From Paraspadella gotoi (Eukaryota; Animalia; Chaetognatha), in NCBI GenBank assembly GCA_051294375.1, contig CM119265.1:14980963-15044962 (forward strand): a stretch of 64,000 bases of DNA, read 5' to 3'. The stretch's first letter is position 1. The number at the start of each line of letters is the position of its first letter. Below are positions 26,501 to 39,855 of the stretch, piece after piece. The notes beneath the pieces are model-generated. The model was not told the DNA's origin and did not search any database. It saw nothing but the letters and a program-made list of their open reading frames with translations. A program made the position numbers and the translations under genes.

Positions 26501-27440
26501 TGTCCATGTCAGATATTTCCTCCCCGATCTGGCCTTTGAGTTCGGCGAACGACGACAGCGCCGGAAAGGAGTTTCCGTCCTCGTTGTTATTGTTCAATTC
26601 GGGCAGCGACGTGTCATCGTCTTCATCATCTTTGGTGTAAAGTTCTACTTCCTCAAGAGGCAATTCTCCTGGAGCCTGAAGCAGGTGCAAAGGCACGACC
26701 TCCAGCTTGTGAATGTGTCTTAGCATTTCCAGAAGATCAACGGGGTTTCGAAGGCAAAGGGGGAAAGTGATATCGGCGAAGGATGCTTTGGAAGTCGCAA
26801 AGTCGACGACTGTGTTGGACGAACGCCGAAAGGCGCGGGTAGTCGCCGACATTTTCACAGAAATCTTAGGGGAAATGCGAAGGAGAAAGTTCCAGGCGGA
26901 AGTTCTAGAGGAAGATGGAAACTGGGAGAAGGACAGGGTGCATTGATGTCGGGAGCTCTTGTCGTGGTCGGAAACCTTCGCCAGAACCAAGTGAACGATA
27001 CGCTTTTTAGCTACGAATGGAAAAGGTTTGACATTTTTATAAATTTTCAAAAACTGAAAGATGCAAATATTTTAATTACCTTCAACATGCAAACTCCAGT
27101 CGTCTTCTAACAGTGAAGGCAACAAATCTCTCAATTCTCCGATGTCGTTGACACCGAACGGAACGCCGTCTCCAGTAAGAGACGACCGAGGGGAAGCATC
27201 GGCGCTGGAGGTCGACGCATCGTTTTCAGGGTCAAAAACTCCGGGGCAATCGGTGGGGAGACTAGGAGAAGGGCTTTCCATCGTGTCCATAGCCATTTCG
27301 ACCCCCAATTTTTTACAAGGAAGAATTGTTTCCGAAGTGAGAACCGCCGATTTAACGCCAATCTCGCGGTTGTTGACCTCCGCGTCGGCGTCATTATTTT
27401 CGCGGGAATCTTTGACCGTCAGGGAGGGTTCGTCTTCCAT
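23536..27440 (-). CDS. Large zinc-finger protein with two CXXC (TET/IDAX-type) domains and about 7 C2H2 fingers
   Basis: [38 protein letters not shown] and [38 protein letters not shown]; C2H2 fingers such as FTCPHCDKTFTQSHHLKSHMMVVH. Three exons at about 27079-27440, 24446-27008 and 23536-24375. Confidence 0.8.
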
Positions 27441-29911
27441 GACAGCGAAACGCGTCAGGCGCGCTGATGTTTTTGAGGAATCAGTCTTGCCAACGTTTCA
27501 TTTTAAATCAAGTCTTTCACCTGTAAATAAAGCTGCATAACAGGGTATCTTACTTTAATTTTTACTCATTGATCAATAATATCATATCGTATGCATGTAA
27601 TAACTTTTATATTACATTCATTTACGTCGATGTTAACTGTAGCCTGCGACAAAACATACGGTTCAACTCTTTCCTCGCCTGAGTGTCAGAAATATCCTTC
27701 CGTCGATGACAGGACAGAAAGACGAAAAAGGATAAAAGTTCAAAAAACAACAACATTGACAACAGAGGCGATCAGGAGTTTGGACTTTATATACCTACAG
27801 TCAGAATCGATAACGTAGCCAAATAAAAGGAATTCATTTCAACTGCTAATCGGGGAGAGGGGAAACCGCTTTGAATTTTTTTTTTTTTGGGGGGGGGCAA
27901 CATTTCGAGTTTGGAAGCTTGAATGGCGACTCTACCTTTTTAGTAAAAGACATCTTCGTCGATGCAATTGGCTACTTATTATTATTTTAATCTACTTTCA
28001 TTTTTAATAACGTGTCTCCCAAACAGGTGAATCAAAACTGAAGTTGGCGATAAGGAAATTAAATGAAATATAAAAAGTCTTACGCTTTAGAGTGATTTTG
28101 TAAATCGGGAGACACTGACGCTGTGCAGAAAAGAAACCACTCCTCATAAAAAAATATACCTAAAATCATTATTCATCGGCAAAGTTCTAGAGTATTAAAC
28201 ACAAATAAAAACTTGTTGATTAAAAAAGGTTTTAACGCAGACTTCTCGAAATTAATAACAAAATGAAATCTAATATCATAATTAGGGACTAATGGTAATC
28301 CAATACGTAAACCTAATAGATGAATGATCACTGAGCTACGATAAAAAAATCAATTTTCAAAATTTTCAGTATTACAAATTATTCCTTTCTAATAATTTAA
28401 TTTAATTCTTATGAAAGATAAAAACACATTACGGCTAAATAACTTTAAAAAGATACATATTTTCTATTAAGAAATTCAGTATTTGTATTTTATAAAGCAT
28501 TTTAAGAGAAAAAAGCCAATGCGACAATGAGCTTCTAATCTAATCAATAATGCAGCTGCTGAAGAATTTGTCACAATGAGACGAGATGTTTTTGTTTATG
28601 TTTAATTTCTAAGACTAAACTTTGTTGTAAGATTTGAGTATAATATTAATCATAATAATAATAATGCTCAACATACATCATAGTCATATTTCACTATTAA
28701 CAGGTGAGTGATGAGTGATCAAGTAGTTAACAAGGAGTAGTTAGTTATTTGATGTTTCTAACAAACAAACAAATATTTTAATCAAAAAGTTCCAATAAAT
28801 AGAACTTTAAAAGATCAAACAAAGGTAAGGATTTCAAAATCTCTAATATATCCTCACCGTTTCCATCCAACAGATGAACTATCGAAGGTAAGTCACAAAA
28901 AATGTTCATCTTTGTATCGGACGAAAACGAGAGGGAACGTTTCTAAATTATTCTTAGAGATAAATTAGTTATAGTTAACAATCCTTTGGTTTGCTAGACC
29001 TTATTTAACAAAGTTTAATTTTAAATCCTCCCTAGAAGTAATGAAACGTGACCCTTCTTTGAGACTGGGACTGGGAATTGTCACCTAAAGCTTGAGATTG
29101 AGTTCATTCGGTTGACACGAGTGTGCAAGAACCAGTCCAAGTTACAAAGCCAAATTCGGATCGATGATTGAGTTTCCATGCCCGAAAGGACATTTGAAGT
29201 TTTTACAGTTTTTTAACTTTTTATAGTTAGAGGGGCTTTTACTTACCTTAATTTCTTACATTCACATATCCGGGGCACCATTATTAAAAGAACCCCCCAA
29301 AATTGGGCTGGTTAATTGTTAGTCAGGATATTATGGTAACAAGGCGCGGGCAGTTAAGGTATATGATTGGATTTTAACGTGTAAAGCCCCTCAGACGTTA
29401 ATATATGTTGAATTGCATTTTAACCACGCAATTAGAGTAACCCAGTGTTAATTTAAATTTTTTATGAGCAAAAAAAGCTTCTACAGCCAAAAAAATCGGC
29501 CTTTAGAACTAAGTTATTTTTATTTTTTACAACCTGTTTTTTAAACACTTAAACATAAATTTTTTTATTAGAAGAATACAACTATTTACACGCACACAAC
29601 AAAAAATACACAAATGCTTTGTGCGCCCCTAAATTTTTAACTTTAAATCTTTTCCCCTTTCAACTAACACAGATTCAAAAAAATTTACGAAATAAAACAC
29701 AGCTTTCCTTCAAAATGGCGCTAGTTAGCGTGGAAGTTTAACAACGAGATTATAGTTTAACCGAAATGTTTCAAACGAGCACGGAAGGGTCATTTCTTAC
29801 TCTTAACAAAAAATAAAATTAAAAATAAATGTAAAATGAGATCAAAACTCCATAACGTGAGTCAACAAAGAAGGGGGAATAATCACAAATACATTTACTT
29901 ATTAAATAATT

Positions 29912-32900
29912 TTAATAAATCTTTTTAAGATTTTGAATTTCTTTTTTCAATGCTTCATTTTCCTGCATTAGCTGATGCTGATTTAGGTTACCCACTTGCA
30001 GGATTTGTTGGATTTCACCCAACTGGATTTCAAATTGTCTTACCATTTCAAATTGAACCTGAAAAGAAAAAGAGACTAATTAGCCAAACCAGAACTATCA
30101 AACTCAATAGACACAAAGCAGCGAGTACCTGTACAATGTATCGGCGTATATCATCCTTCAAATCGCCAACTTCTTCCCTTATGAACTCTTTTAAATGTTT
30201 AACCTGGCAGGCTTCGTTTGATGCCAAGGGGTCGTCCACATGGGGGCCAAGGGACGCGGAAGCGCCTCCCATAGCGCCACCGACTAAAAGGCCGTGGGAG
30301 GCGCCCGAGGAACTGGCGCCCGCGAGTCCGGAGGGCGGAGGTGCTAGAGAAGAGGCGCCCGAGAAAAGAGAGGCTGTCCCCGCTCCGTCCGGTGACTTTC
30401 GCAGGTGTGAAGACGACGCCGACTTGTGCATAAGGGAAGAAGGAACAGCCGTGAAGCCCCTCGAGGCTCCAGGGCCGAGGATGGACGGAGCGAAGCCCAA
30501 AGGGGCCGAGGTGGCGCAGCCAGGGTCGAGACTAGCGCACTCTCCCCGTACGTGAATGGCACTGGATAGTGGACCGGAGCAGCAAGCCTCGTTTACACCC
30601 TTTACGCCGCCGAAACTTGATTCTTGAGATGTATGCGGTTGATGATGATGATGCTGGTGGTGGTAGTGTTGTTGTACTTGTCCCTGGGTTCCAGTGACGC
30701 CGTCATGACTATGGGGTTGGTGATGCAAATGATGTTTGCTGCTTCCGGACCGCTCTGTGCCATCCGTTTTCTCCTTGCGATGGTGTGGATGATTATGAAC
30801 AGAGGTGCCACCTGATTTAATAACAAGAGACGATACTAGATGAGGTAAAAAATTAAGACATTAAAAATGTCATCTAATAAACGACGAAGATTCTTACCAA
30901 GAACGGTGGAGGGATCTTTGACATTGTGTAAACAAGTGAAAGGGGCGTTGGGATTTGGGGAAGGGAGTTGAGGAGAGGACCCGCCGCCGGGTCCGGCGCC
31001 GGCCTCGACGAGAGGTTTCGGTAATGTGGAGGGCGGAACTGAGAGTCCATCTTTTCCACTTCCGTTCACCTGAAAACAAGTGGAATTTCGGTCACCAAGA
31101 ACTTATAAAAAGCATTACTGAAAAAGCTATATTTACCGGGTGATAGTTGATTTGCGCTTCAGTTGTATGACTAGTGCCGTGCGCTATAGATGAATCTCCG
31201 ATCGACGCGTCTACAAATACCAATGTAAACGTCGTAGAGATTCGTGGAGAACAAACGTAATAATATACAAATAAAGAGTGCCTCAAGCGTACTGTCACTT
31301 TACAAATGAACTCTGTATAAAACATTTCCTACATTTGCTTTGAGTGCTGATAAAATATATCAACGATTATATCTATTGTTTGATTTTAAAAATAAAGACA
31401 TCATATCACGCTGTAAGAACTTCTGAATCGAAAGAGTACAGTAAATACAACTTTTTTGACTGTGCTGATTCACTGAATTCATTTATCAAGTGACAGTACG
31501 CTTGAGACACTATGTATTTAAAACGAACGAATGACTGCTACTTATTTATATTTATATCCCAGAAATTAATATGATGAAATATATCATTTAGGACGAGGTT
31601 TTCCCTCGTGGTTCTGCACAAACTTGAAACATCAAACAGCTTATAAATACACAATTCTACGAATTAACAATGTACAATGTTGAATTTCACAGAAAATGTA
31701 GTGTTGATTTCGTATATCTATTATCTACCAATTGCCAAAGGCAAGTCCGACTGCAGCACCGTATAAAGAGTTCAGCCCAAGTCGGAACGATCGAAGCCAT
31801 AGAAGCTACATTGACAAAAAAATCCGGAACCTGCGCTCACAGAGGGGGCAAGAAACACCTAAACAATTTGGTCCCTCTCACTTAATTATTCATTCTGGCT
31901 CAAACTTGGCCGGCAAATACCTGCATTAGGATGATGGGAATGAGCGCTGCCGCCATAAGTTGGCGAGAGAAACACAGATGATGACCCGTCATTGATATTA
32001 AAAGAGGAAACGTTGGGATCTTCCCCACCGGGATTCCTGAGGGGGAAACACATAGTTTAAATGCATCGTGATGTATGAGAAGTGGGCGCGGTTTCCTTCA
32101 TACTTAGTATTGAGTGGTGAGATAGCCGGGTCGAAATAACCGGTTAAACTGGATTTTCCGTGGAGATGCTGCGACCGGAATAATCCCGACGCCGACTTCG
32201 ACAACGACTTGTTGCCGGCCATTCCGTCCGGTGTTGTGGCAGATATCAATGAGACACCTGATATCAAAATACAACTGATGTGAAAAAAAAAAGCGCCACT
32301 TTAAATTTAAATTTAACTTTAAATTTCAGAAAACTATATAATTTTTTTTTTTTTAAATAGAAATCAGTTTAGGAAGTTAACGAAAAATTGCTGATGAAGA
32401 CTCGAAACATGTACAAACTAATAAAATAAATTGTTGTTCAAGCTTATTTTTCGTTAACTTCCAAAACTTATCAAAACAATAAAAAGAAAGTTCCAATACA
32501 AATAGTATAAATTTTATTACAATCGGTCAAATGGTTTAAGAGATATGATTTTTTAAACTTGAGTATTCCAAAACCAAATGGGGAAAATCGACTTTTAACT
32601 AATCAACATAGACCTATCATTCATCGTATGTTTCAATAACCTTAAAATTATTATTTAGGGATCTGGGTCAATTTATTTCTCCAGCTATCCCTCCGAATGT
32701 CCAATATATGTTTTTTTCATTTTTAATCTACGATAAGTAATGTAAAATATCAGAAAAAATGATTAGTCTTAAATCTATCAGCTTTGTGGTAGAGTACATC
32801 ATTTAAAAAAAAATCACTGCTCCTAAACAAATGGCCCGATTTTAATAAAATTTCTGCCAAACTTATTATGTTTTAATAAACTTTGAATAACTTTTAAAAT

Positions 32901-35900
32901 CTTTTTAAAAATTCAAGTATATATATGATGAAAATAAAGTGCCGCGATATTTTTGCACATGACTGTAAAAAAATTAAATAAGTACAGCTTTTTTACCCCG
33001 TGAGCCAAATCGATTGATACGAAGTAAAAATTAATGATACATGACCTACAAATCATTAAGACAATTTTTTTATACCATTTGATAGAAAAATCATTGACGT
33101 TTTTGAAATGCCCAAAATATTGATTAAAATTGGTTTGAAACATGCTTAAAATACCTCCCGAACATGTTGGGACAAACTCGTCATCGCTATAAAAAAAGTT
33201 TTTAGACAACAAATAAGTTGTGATTAAACTTTCTTTCGTTGTGTTTTGAGTTATTTGAGATTAAAGACGAAGTCAGCACTGATGAAGGCTTGAATGAAAG
33301 CCGAAACTTGTCTGTACCATAAAATAAAATCGTTGATGTAACAAGACTTCGTCTTTAATCTCAAATAACAAATAAGTTTAATTTCTCAAGCCAGACTTCT
33401 TTAGTGACAAATTACTTTTTTTTTAAACAACCCATGTTTTAAAAGGAAAACAGATCATACTGTTAGCCACAGCTGCTTTTCATACTTTCCGAGGTTTAAC
33501 TTATCATATTATAATCAGCGCAAACAGATTTGCATCTTAACAATCATTTAAGCCCCAATTTTGATGCTTTGATGTTGTTAAGCTAAGCTGCTTAAATAAA
33601 GGAATGAGAATGAATCTTGTATAAACAAACTGCCCTTCTGGACCTTGTAGAGGTCAATAAAGCTGAAAATATCTATACTGTAATCTTAAATACTGAGTTA
33701 AAACTTATTCATTGCGCTGGATTATTAAAAGAATCCATTAGCCATCATTTTGACGTCTGACATCTTCGCAAAAATATTAATTTCAAGTTGTTAATAAAGA
33801 TCAATTTAAATAAAATTTTAACAGAAAAAAAGTTAAACATATCTCTATATAATAAAAAAAATAGTTTACGTTTATGTCGATGCAGTAAACCATGGCAATG
33901 ATTTATTTCTTGTGACTGGATTTGGCTCACGGGGTAATTGACGAGTATGGCGACAGGGTTATGAAGTAACATTTAATAAAATGCTACCCAAGTCAAAAGC
34001 AGTAACGATCATGAACGAGAAAGAATTGATAGAGATTTCGAGTTGTAATTTACGCCGTGAGCTTGTCGGCTCTTAAAGTCGAAAGTCCACCTCAGTGTTC
34101 TCATCGCTTTTTCGAAAGAGAAAGAGCGAGGTCAGAGGCAAAAAAACCACCGGTTACCACTGTGGCCAGAGACATGACCCACACTCAATCACTCATCTTA
34201 AATGTTGTCCTTACGAGATAAGAAAAGCCCATTTGGAAATTTAACATAGCTTACAAAAAACATTTTCTGTCTTTCACGAATGCAAATTCTATATAATGTA
34301 ACGGTAATTTTTCGTGGGTTCATTCGTCACTTTCTCCGCTTCTTTTGTTAACGGTGACCAACTACGTAAGCTGACAATTAATCTCCCTACCTAGAGTATT
34401 ATTGCCGGAAGAAATGACGGAGGGATCGGCATGGCTGCTTGTTCGTCCTCCAGGCAAAGGCGGTCCTCGTAGCGGAGAGAAAATACTATCATCGACGGAC
34501 GATGACGTGGAATGTATGTTGGTGATGACCGCGTTGTGGCTTTTGTGGCGCATGTGGTGGTGGTGATGGTGGTGGGCGTTGGAAGAAGGCGTCGTCGCTT
34601 CGGCACCTTTGGTGCCGCCAATCGAGTCTTTGACAGCACTATCAACTTCCGACGCCGACAAACCCATTTCCGGCGTGGCACCTCCACCGTCGCCGCCGCC
34701 GCCTCCACTCGCTTTTCGCGTGTGATGCTTGTGCGAACTCGATCCCCCGCCCCCACTATGGTGCCCGCTCGTGCTGCTTTGGTGGGTGACACTGTGGTGG
34801 GTCGAGATTTCCTCATTGTCGTTTGCATCCCGCGTAGGCTTGGAAGACGCTGCGATCATAAAGAATAGTCAATATTGAACAAGAAAGTGTTAAAAACAAC
34901 AGAATTAGCTGTAACTGGTGTGGGCCAGACCAGAATGTCATACCTCCTGTCGAGCCATGCTGATGCTTCTTCGTTTTCGTCGACGTCGTCGCAGCAACAG
35001 AGTCACCTCCGGGAACGTCTATCGTTTTATCGCTTTTGTGACTAGCTTTCCCACTGTCCCTATTGGCAACCACGCCACCGGATGAGGACGATCGTTCTAA
35101 AGCCGCAGCTCTATAGAAAACGACAAAGTATAATCTTTCCGAACGTGCACGCTGCTCAACTAATATTTTTTCGCACCTCTTGGATCCGCACTTTTGAAAG
35201 GCCAATTTTTGGACTTTGTCCTTGTGAGCGTTGAAGTATTTGACGGGTGTGTTGCCCTTGCGCAGATCAAAGATGATGATCTTGCCCCTGGTCGACCCGA
35301 CGGCAAGAGTGACCCCGTCGGGCATGAGGTCGAGAGCCGAGAGGCAGTAATCGGTGGCGATATTCTTGATGGTCTTCTTGTCGCGGACGTCGTAACAAAC
35401 GACGTTATTGTCCAGGCCGGCGGAAAGCATGAACATCTCATTGAGCGTCGAAAAGGTGAGCCCCGTTGCCGGAGCCCGGTGGATCTCGCGAAAGGCGTGC
35501 GTCAGCTGCCGCGTATTCACATCCCACAGGTAGACCGAACCATTTTCCGACGAAGAAGCTGAAGAAATAGTATATAAAATGAAGAGACTCATTTCTCGAA
35601 CGATCTACTTTTTAGTCGGATCTGCAGATCCTGACTCTATAATTCACTTTGTCGATCCGTCGGTCCGCCACCTCAATCTTGTCGGGCATTCACTTATGTC
35701 AGAAGATCGAATTATGATAAATTAAGCAAAAAAAATTAGGTCCATCCATCTGTCTGTCTGTCCATCCCACCTTGGCAAAAAACTCCAATTATTCGTGATA
35801 TGAAGTTTTGATGGAATCGTGCGAGTGAAAATGAGTTTTAATGGAAAAAACTACTAATTGTTAGGCTTCTTTTTTTTATATTAAATGTAAATACAAAATG

Positions 35901-38260
35901 TATTAATTAATCAAATAATCAGTTAATCTATAATTAATTAATCAGTAAATTAATCAATTATTCAATCAATCAATCTATTAATTAATTATTCAATCAATCA
36001 TCATCGTCGTCGTTGCTTTTGTCGTGGTCAGTGACGAAAAGACCCAAAAACAACCATTTCCGATCAAATTAATTAAATTAATTAATTACTGCTAATTATC
36101 ATGGGCAGATTCGACATTGTTTGCTTAAACTTGTTTCAACTAAATTCCAAAACCGTCTTTAACCAATTTTTAATCGGATCTTCTTATCAGCAGATTCCGA
36201 CTCTATAATTCACTTTGTCGGTACCAGCCTAAAATCTTGTCGGTAAATCATTATTATCATATCAAAACATCGAATTATGATAAAAAATGATCTTCCGTCC
36301 GTCTCCCCTTAGCATTAAACTCCAATTACTCGTGATTGGATGGAAGAATTGGAATGAAATTTTGTGTGTAGGTAGAAAAGTGTGAGATTGAGCTGGATAT
36401 AAAGTTTCGATTGAATCGTGCAAGTGGAAATGAGTTTAAATGAATGAAAAAAACAAGTCATATTTACTTGAAGTATTTTTGTTTATATTTACTCATAATT
36501 ATCATAAATTGGAAAAATAAATTGAATTGAAATTTTTTCTGTGGGTAGAAAAATATGTAATTAAGCTGGAATAAATTTTTGATGGTATCGTAGGAGTGGA
36601 AAAGAGTTTAAATTAGAAAACCATTTATTAATTTTTTTAAAAATTAATCTCTCTATCTCTGATTGATTGATTGACCTAATTATTCCAGTTGACCAAACTA
36701 TTCATGTGACCAAATTCAGCAAGTTGACCAATGACCAAATTATGCCAGTTAACTAAATTATGCCAATTGACTAAATTATGCCAGTTGAGCAAATCACGTC
36801 AATTGACCAAATTATGACAGTTGACCAAATTATACCAGTTAACCAAATTATGTAAATTGGTATTGGCGCAGCTACTCGTAATTATTGATAGATTAATTGA
36901 TTTATAGGTTTTTTCATAGATTTATTAATAAGTCTGTTATGATTTGTTATGTTACGATTTGTTACGATCTGTTAAGATCACAAATTGAAAGTTAGAAAAA
37001 ATTACCATGATTTATCATTGTATTAGCTTATTACCGCTTATTTGTCATAAGGCAGATCCGACATTGTTTGCTCAAACTTGTTTTTACCAAGGATTAATAA
37101 TCCAATTAGTACTTATGTAAAACTATTTGCTGAAAATAATTGCTCATTTGTATCTAGATTGCAAACACAAAACATGAAAAGGCCAGGCCAAACAGAAAGG
37201 GGTGAAATGTAGAATCAAGAATGTAATTTCAATATAGTAAATATTATGATTATCTTAAACTTAACTATTTTAATTCATCAGTTGGGAAACTATACCCTTC
37301 ATTGATTTGGGTTTTTAATACCGAAATTCAGTTATATAGCCTATAGACGAGCCATCACCAAATGGAGATCTTGAATTTAATAATTAATAGAATAATTAAA
37401 AGAAAATTATTGTATAGTTTCTTTCTTTCGTTGTTGTTGTAAATAAATAAATATTTACTTCTCTTTTCTAGAAAAATTATTTATATTTTGACAATTCAAC
37501 AGGCGGACACTGAATAATTCACCAGTACCAACCTAGCCAGTATTTCTTGTGAAAGGAATACTGTACGGCGCTGACAGCCTGAGAGTTGGTCTTGGAGGCG
37601 ATCATCGGCTGGGAGACGGTGCCCGTGACGGTATTGAGAAGCGAGATTTCGCCTCCTGACGTTCCGGCGGCGATGAATCCATCGTTGTGGTTGAAGGCCG
37701 TCGACGTGATTCGACATAACTTAGACGCCTGCGTAGTGTGTATGATTTCAAGGGCGAATTTACTCCGGTGAAAAACTGAAGGGCGATATTGAGAATCTAG
37801 CATGCCGAGTAGATCACTGTTCAGTGCTCACCTGAAAAGTTTTTTTCACTTTTCTTGTTTTGACGTCCCACAGCTGGACGACGCCGGTGGAGGTGCCGAC
37901 GGAGAGATCGTTGGAATAGTTGGCGAATCGAACGGAACAGGGAAGACCTTCGGCCTCCAGGTCGTGAGACACGTAACCCGCCGGCGCGTAGGTCACGTAG
38001 ACCTAAAAAAAAAAAAAGGTTTATAATTTGAATGGGCGTATTTAGTCAAAATCTTGAAAGTAACGTGCCTTATCATGATTGATTCCGGCGCTGGCGATAA
38101 TGGTAAAGTCGTGGTTCCACGATATGGATCCAACGTTGCATCCCTCGTGAGGGTTGAACGAATGAACCTCTCCAAAGTCCGGCGGCGGGTCCCAAACCGT
38201 CACCACGTCTCCCGCCGAGAGCAGTCGCGAAGACGACTGCGACGTCGAAGAAGACGACAT
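29912..38260 (-). CDS. NEDD1: NEDD1/GCP-WD gamma-tubulin ring complex targeting protein, multi-exon
   Basis: N-terminal WD40 (RLLSAGDVVTVWD; HRAPATGLTFSTLNEMFMLSAGLD; PDGVTLAVGSTRGKIIIFDLR). C-terminal helix LKDDIRRYIVQVQFEMVRQFEIQLGEIQQIL...ENEALKKEIQNLKKIY*. Confidence 0.9.
32366..32468 (+). ncRNA. Degenerate minimal hammerhead motif enclosed in an inverted repeat
   Basis: ttg CTGATGA agactc GAAAC ATGTA caa, with stem II collapsed. Flanked by ggaagttaacgaaaaa / tttttcgttaacttcc. Confidence 0.5.
33250..33369 (+). ncRNA. Minimal type I hammerhead ribozyme inside a perfect 25-bp inverted repeat (Penelope pLTR-like)
   Basis: gca CTGATGA A GGCTT gaatga AAGCC GAAAC tt GTC tgt (33276-33315). Arms 33250-33274 and 33345-33369 are exact reverse complements. 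Confidence 0.75.
35610..37085 (+). mobile_element. Two adjacent Helentron/DINE-1-like (HINE) non-autonomous elements in a NEDD1 intron
   Basis: 5' subterminal IR gtcggatctgcagatcc-tgactctataattcactttgtcg at about 35617 and 36175, a (gtct/gtcc)n microsatellite, and 3' ggcagat(c/t)cgacattgtttgct at about 36103 and 37051. The second copy holds a minisatellite of ccagttgaccaaattatg-like units at about 36670-36855. Confidence 0.55.
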
Positions 38261-39027
38261 GACGTCCGAAAGACGTCACTGAGCCCGCTGAGACCAGCCT
38301 CGTGACAACTCGGCACGCCCTCCCCCAAATGCGGGAAGACGAGCTAACGCCGTCAAGAGGCGGAATAGGCGTCGTCGTTGCCGACGGCAGATAGCGGTGT
38401 TTTTTTGTGCATGTGAGAAACTAGATAAAGGTAAAAATGAGAGGCGCGAGAGAAAAGGTTGGTCGTGATTATCCGGTTCAGTTTTAAAGAGTAGCCTCGA
38501 GGGAAATTCGTTCCGAGTAAAAGATCAGCCTGTGAAAAGCATCATTCAAAATCTATAAAAAAATTTTAAACGCTTCAGATTTCTCTGTATCGACTTACCC
38601 TTAAAACGGAGGAGGCTTGAAGAGATTGCTGTTATCCATACCACCGGAAAAATGGGACGAAACAACTGTCAGCCATTTCGTCATTTGCGCGATTGTCTTT
38701 AGCAATTAATATAGATACGGCGCGGAGCTGAGGCCCGGTTCTTTTAGAGAGTGTACGTGGAAAGGTTGAACAAGTGAACTTTGGTTGCGGGCAGGAGGGT
38801 TGGGATTGTCACTACGCTACGTGAAGAGTCGACTTAATCGGTTAAGGTTTCATGAGGAATGCATTTAATTCTACTAACGCCATCGTATGAGTCGATGAAC
38901 GAGGGGTATGGAATGAATAAAATCTCATGGTTAATACTGAAATAAAGAAAAGAATATAGAAAATTAATACTTTATTATTATTCATAATGCAACACTGAAA
39001 AAAATTCTTACGTCCCATTCTTTAATC

Positions 39028-39579
39028 TTATTTTTTATCAATATTGAGCATTTCAATTTGGAACACAAGAGTCGCGTTGGCTGGAATGTTCCAGGCGGGA
39101 AATCCTTTGTCACCATAAGCCACTTCGGGCGCCAAAATGAAACAAGCGATTTCTCCCTTCGTCATGGAGAGTACTCCCTCGTCCAAACCTTTAATCACCT
39201 GAAATTCATTTTATAACTTATTATCACGCGCACAATAATATTACTTTCTTAGATCAATGCAACATAAAAGGAATTAAAAACAGTCTTAACTGAACAATGT
39301 ATATAATATATAAAAATAAATAAATGACAACTCATTAAGAATCATTGTTTATATCACAATAAAAATTGGACTTTAAAAGATTTAAACCTTTCCGACTCCG
39401 CAGGAAAAGGTGAATGCTTCTTGGCCTTCATCCCTGGTTGACCAAAACGTGAAACCTCCATGGATGGCGCCAGTGCAATGAACCGTAACATTTTCACCGC
39501 GCTTGACACGAAAATTTGAATCCCCCTCGCGAACAACTTGCTTTACGACGCCTTTTGGCAAGGAAAACGTAGAACCCAT
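39028..39579 (-). CDS. FKBP-type peptidyl-prolyl isomerase, plant-FKBP12-like, 2 exons
   Basis: MGSTFSLPKGVVKQVVREGD...VTVHCTG...FWSTRDEGQEAFTFSCGVGK | VIKGLDEGVLSMTKGEIACFILAPEVAYGDKGFPAWNIPANATLVFQIEMLNIDKK*. Confidence 0.9.
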
Positions 39580-39855
39580 TGCGCAAACGGGAGAATAAGA
39601 ACAAATAAACCCGATGAAGGAAGCCGAAAAAATTTTTACATCGAGCACGCTTCAAGGGGAGAGAAGACATCGATTTTCTCTCGTAGTTATTTCTATGGTA
39701 ACACATCGATTCGTTGTTCTTCTTTAATATTATCTCTCGTTGATTTTTTTTTTATTTGTTTGAATATACGTATGTTGTCTATATATGAACTTTTCAACAG
39801 ATTTCCCAACCCTATAGCCGGATGACTATTTGAGCGAAGTTTATAACATTCATTA

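Noticed and set aside
29950-30555. 201-aa + strand ORF and other antisense ORFs over GC-rich exons
   Set aside because: They are shadows of minus-strand coding exons (NEDD1, zinc-finger gene, GH35, PIBF1).
38612-38675. Possible hammerhead GGCT-TGAAGA...GGACGAAACAACTGTC-AGCC
   Set aside because: C3 of the core is missing and stem II is long and poorly paired. It may be chance.
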